Shown here piece after piece: positions 36,596 through 39,253 of a stretch of 39,253 bases of DNA. The DNA is taken from the UHGV virus genome UHGV-1369056. The stretch is one strand, 5' to 3'. The notes under the pieces were generated by a model. It ran no database searches. It saw nothing but the letters and a program-made list of their open reading frames with translations, and was not told the DNA's origin. Positions within the stretch are counted from its first letter, which is position 1; every line of letters begins with the position of its first letter. The DNA comes from a virus. The position numbers and the translations under genes are program-made.

Positions 36596-38354
36596 GAAAA
36601 CACCTGTTGAAAGACAGGCAGAAATGACCCGAAGGATGAGGGACGACTTCGTATTCTTCATCTTCGTTCTCTGGAAAGCTCTTAGCCTTCCGGTTCCAAC
36701 ACGCTGCCAGATAGATATGTGTAAGAAGCTGGCTGCTGGGGATAATCGCCGCTTCATCCTTCAGGCTTTCCGTGGTATCGGCAAGTCGTTTCTGACCTGT
36801 GGTTTCGTGGTCTGGAAGTTATGGAACAACCCAGACTTGAAGTTCATGATTGTGTCGGCCTCAAAGGAACGAGCCGATGCGAACTCCATCTTCATCAAGC
36901 GAATCATCGACCTCATGCCTCAGCTTCAGGAACTCAAACCTAAGCAGGGACAGCGAGATGCGGTTATTAGCTTCGACGTTGGGCCAGCCAAGCCAGACCA
37001 CTCACCTTCGGTTAAGTCTGTTGGTATCACTGGTCAGTTGACTGGTAGTCGTGCTGACATCCTGATTGCCGATGACGTGGAGGTTCCGAACAACTCAGCG
37101 ACTCAGGCTGCCAGAGACCGTCTGTCAGAGCTTGTGAAAGAGTTCGACGCTATCCTGAAGCCGGGAGGTACAATCATCTATCTGGGTACTCCTCAGAACG
37201 AGATGACCTTGTATCGTGAGCTGGAAGGCCGTGGATACACCACTACTATCTGGCCTGCTCGTTATCCACGTGATAAGAAGGACTGGCAGTCTTACGGCGA
37301 CCGTCTGGCACCGATGCTTCAGGCAGAGCTGGAAGAGGACCCTGAGTCCTTCTACTGGCGTCCTACCGATGAAGTACGATTCGATGATACGGACCTGAAG
37401 GAACGTGAGCTGTCTTATGGTAAAGCTGGCTTCGCTCTACAGTTCATGCTTAACCCTAACCTGAGTGATGCCGAGAAGTACCCTCTGAAGCTCCGTGACC
37501 TTATCGTAGCAGACTTGGACCCAGCGTCTAGCCCAATGGTCTACCAATGGCTTCCTAACCCTCAGAACAAGCGTGAGGACGTTCCTAACGTTGGACTCAT
37601 GGGTGACTCATACCACACGTATCAGACTGTAGGTTCTGCCTTCAGCTCGTACACCCAGAAGATTCTGGTCATTGACCCTAGTGGTCGTGGTAAGGATGAA
37701 ACTGGATATGCGGTACTATACCAGCTCAACGGCTACATCTTCGCTATGGAAGTTGGTGGTATGCGTGGAGGTTATGAAGACTCTACTCTGGAAGCTCTGG
37801 CTAAGATTGGTCGTAAGTGGAAGGTCAACGAATACGTCATTGAGGGTAACTTCGGTGATGGTATGTACCTTGAGTTATTCAAGCCTGTAGCGGCCCGTAT
37901 CCATCCTGCGGCTGTAACTGAAGTGAAGAGTAAGGGTCAGAAGGAACTCCGCATCTGTGACGTTCTGGAGCCTATCATGGGGTCTCACAGACTTATCGTT
38001 AACGCTGCTGCTATCGTCCAAGACTACCAGTCAGCCTCTGATAAGGATGGTGTTCGTAACCCTATCTACTCTCTCTTCTACCAGATGACCCGTATCTCTC
38101 GTGAACGTGGAGCCTTGGCACACGATGACCGACTTGATGCGCTGGCTATCGGTGTACAGTTCTTCGTTGAGTCTATGGCTAAGGATGCCAACAAAGGCGA
38201 ACGTGAAGTCACTGAGGAGTGGCTGGAGGAACAGATGGAGAACCCACGGAAAGGCTTCGAGTCCATCCACACTGAGTTCTGGGACAATGGGGTCCGAGTA
38301 ACTCACGATACGGACGACGAGCTGGGACTAGGGGCCTACGTTACGTTTCACTAG
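36588..38354 (+). CDS. 19: Terminase large subunit (gp19 homologue)
   Basis: 588-aa ORF in the gene 19 position (T7 gp19 is 586 aa); Walker A-like QAFRGIGKS and Walker B-like ILIADDVE. Confidence 0.97.
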   Translation: MSKKTPVERQAEMTRRMRDDFVFFIFVLWKALSLPVPTRCQIDMCKKLAAGDNRRFILQAFRGIGKSFLTCGFVVWKLWNNPDLKFMIVSASKERADANSIFIKRIIDLMPQLQELKPKQGQRDAVISFDVGPAKPDHSPSVKSVGITGQLTGSRADILIADDVEVPNNSATQAARDRLSELVKEFDAILKPGGTIIYLGTPQNEMTLYRELEGRGYTTTIWPARYPRDKKDWQSYGDRLAPMLQAELEEDPESFYWRPTDEVRFDDTDLKERELSYGKAGFALQFMLNPNLSDAEKYPLKLRDLIVADLDPASSPMVYQWLPNPQNKREDVPNVGLMGDSYHTYQTVGSAFSSYTQKILVIDPSGRGKDETGYAVLYQLNGYIFAMEVGGMRGGYEDSTLEALAKIGRKWKVNEYVIEGNFGDGMYLELFKPVAARIHPAAVTEVKSKGQKELRICDVLEPIMGSHRLIVNAAAIVQDYQSASDKDGVRNPIYSLFYQMTRISRERGALAHDDRLDALAIGVQFFVESMAKDANKGEREVTEEWLEEQMENPRKGFESIHTEFWDNGVRVTHDTDDELGLGAYVTFH

Positions 38355-38363
38355 CTGAATGAA

Positions 38364-38412
38364 TAACTATAGGTGAAAGCTGCATGAATAAGCAGTTAGT
38401 AACCTATAGTTA
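38364..38412 (+). promoter_or_regulatory. 11-bp perfect inverted repeat (taactataggt / acctatagtta) with nested inner stem, directly after the terminase gene
   Basis: Arms at 38364-38374 and 38402-38412; the loop contains the inner stem ctgc/gcag; no T-run follows, so not a canonical intrinsic terminator. Confidence 0.45.
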
Positions 38413-38448
38413 CTACCAGTCTAACCTACTGTTTTACAAGGAGTTTAG

Positions 38449-38471
38449 ACTTAACTATCACTATAGGGAAG
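38449..38471 (+). promoter_or_regulatory. Phage RNAP promoter near the right end, ACTTAACTATCACTATAGGGAAG
   Basis: Consensus match; located after gene 19, where T7 phiOR lies. Confidence 0.8.
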
Positions 38472-38650
38472 ACCCCCGGTTACTTATAGTATTACTGTAG
38501 TGAATATACATATGCAGACTTTATGCAAGACCTTAGGAGGCAGACTCCGAGTTCTTACCTAAGGCTTGCACCGATGGAAGGAGGTGATATTAATCATAAT
38601 ACCTCCAATACAGATAGTCACCGACCATAGATACAGGAGGTATGTAGCAT

Positions 38651-38809
38651 ATGGCAAAGACCAAAGCTGTACTTAAAGCTCTGGCGACCAATCGAGCTAC
38701 ATACAGGTTTCTTGCTGCTGTTCTACTTGCTGCTGGCGTTACTGATGGAAGTCAGTGGGTCGGGTGGGTCGAGACTCTCGTATGTTCTCTGGTCTCTCAG
38801 TGTAATTAA
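38651..38809 (+). CDS. 19.5: gp19.5-like small protein
   Basis: 52 aa; RATYRFLAAVLLAAG...LVCSLVSQCN resembles T7 gp19.5 (RVTYRFLVVLCAALG...VVCSILTCSD) as recalled; SD aggagg upstream. Confidence 0.65.
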   Translation: MAKTKAVLKALATNRATYRFLAAVLLAAGVTDGSQWVGWVETLVCSLVSQCN

Positions 38810-38841
38810 CGCAATCATGGTAACGATTCATGAGCGGAAGA

Positions 38842-39005
38842 CCTAAGGTCAGTAAGTGGATAAAGACTCACTCTACTGACCTTAGCTACTGTAGTCAAGG
38901 ACTTTAGGTAACACCATTCAGGCTCTCACCTCTGGTCTACCTACTGATTGGTTCACTGGTCGTCATCCGATGGTCTTAGACCTACGGTCCTTGACCTACA
39001 GTAGC
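38842..39005. repeat. Cluster of inverted repeats in the non-coding right end
   Basis: 12-bp perfect inverted repeat ctaaggtcagta (38843-38854) / tactgaccttag (38874-38885), and a 17/18 inverted repeat ctactgtagtcaaggac (38886-38902) / gtccttgacctacagtag (38987-39004). Confidence 0.7.
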
Positions 39006-39253
39006 TGGCTCCTTAAGAGGGACGATGAGTTTTGGACCAAAAGTTTGAGACCACATCTCACAGTTCAAGAACCTCAAGTCTCCCCATAGGCCCTCTTTAA
39101 GTCCAGACCAAGGCCCTACCCCAGTCTATCATAAGGTTGGACCGGCTGTAAATACCTCAAGTCAACGATAGGTCATGACTATCGGTGGTGGTGGAGACGA
39201 TAGGTAGGGACTATTGGTCTGCCTCTGAGTCTCTATCTGTATAACCATAAGTC

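Overview
The window reads as an essentially complete genome of a T7-like podophage (Autographiviridae/Studiervirinae architecture), ~39.25 kb, with all credible genes on the + strand in canonical T7 order: ocr (0.3), small early genes, single-subunit RNA polymerase, 1.1, 1.2, DNA ligase, 1.6, 1.7, gp2, SSB, endonuclease I, lysozyme/amidase, primase-helicase, DNA polymerase, 5.5, 5.7, exonuclease, 6.5, 6.7, 7, 7.3, portal, scaffold, capsid, tail tubular A/B, internal virion proteins 13-16, tail fibre, holin, small terminase, Rz/Rz1 spanins, large terminase, 19.5. Protein identities were assigned by comparing the supplied translations with T7 protein sequences recalled from memory; no database search was possible. 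I found 11 copies of a phage-type promoter with consensus cTAAACTATCACTATAGG, which keeps the T7 CACTATAG core but differs at -12..-8. There are two intrinsic terminators (the early TE after ligase and a T-phi after the capsid gene), three covarying RNase III-like stem-loops, and a conserved -1 frameshift site giving a capsid 10B extension. The window starts in a 13-bp tandem repeat array that the last bases of the window continue, so the assembly appears opened inside the terminal-repeat region. Departures from T7: no 0.7 protein kinase, several unknown small early ORFs, two HNH endonuclease genes with atypical codon usage (after T-phi and between 18.5 and 19), a DUF3850-like ORF between genes 11 and 12, an ATG-less ORF after the DNA polymerase, a different N-terminal domain on gp16, and a low-GC C-terminal module on the tail fibre. 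I see no CRISPR array, tRNA or integrase, and no strong evidence of a new multi-gene system; the best candidates for novelty are the unannotated early and accessory ORFs.
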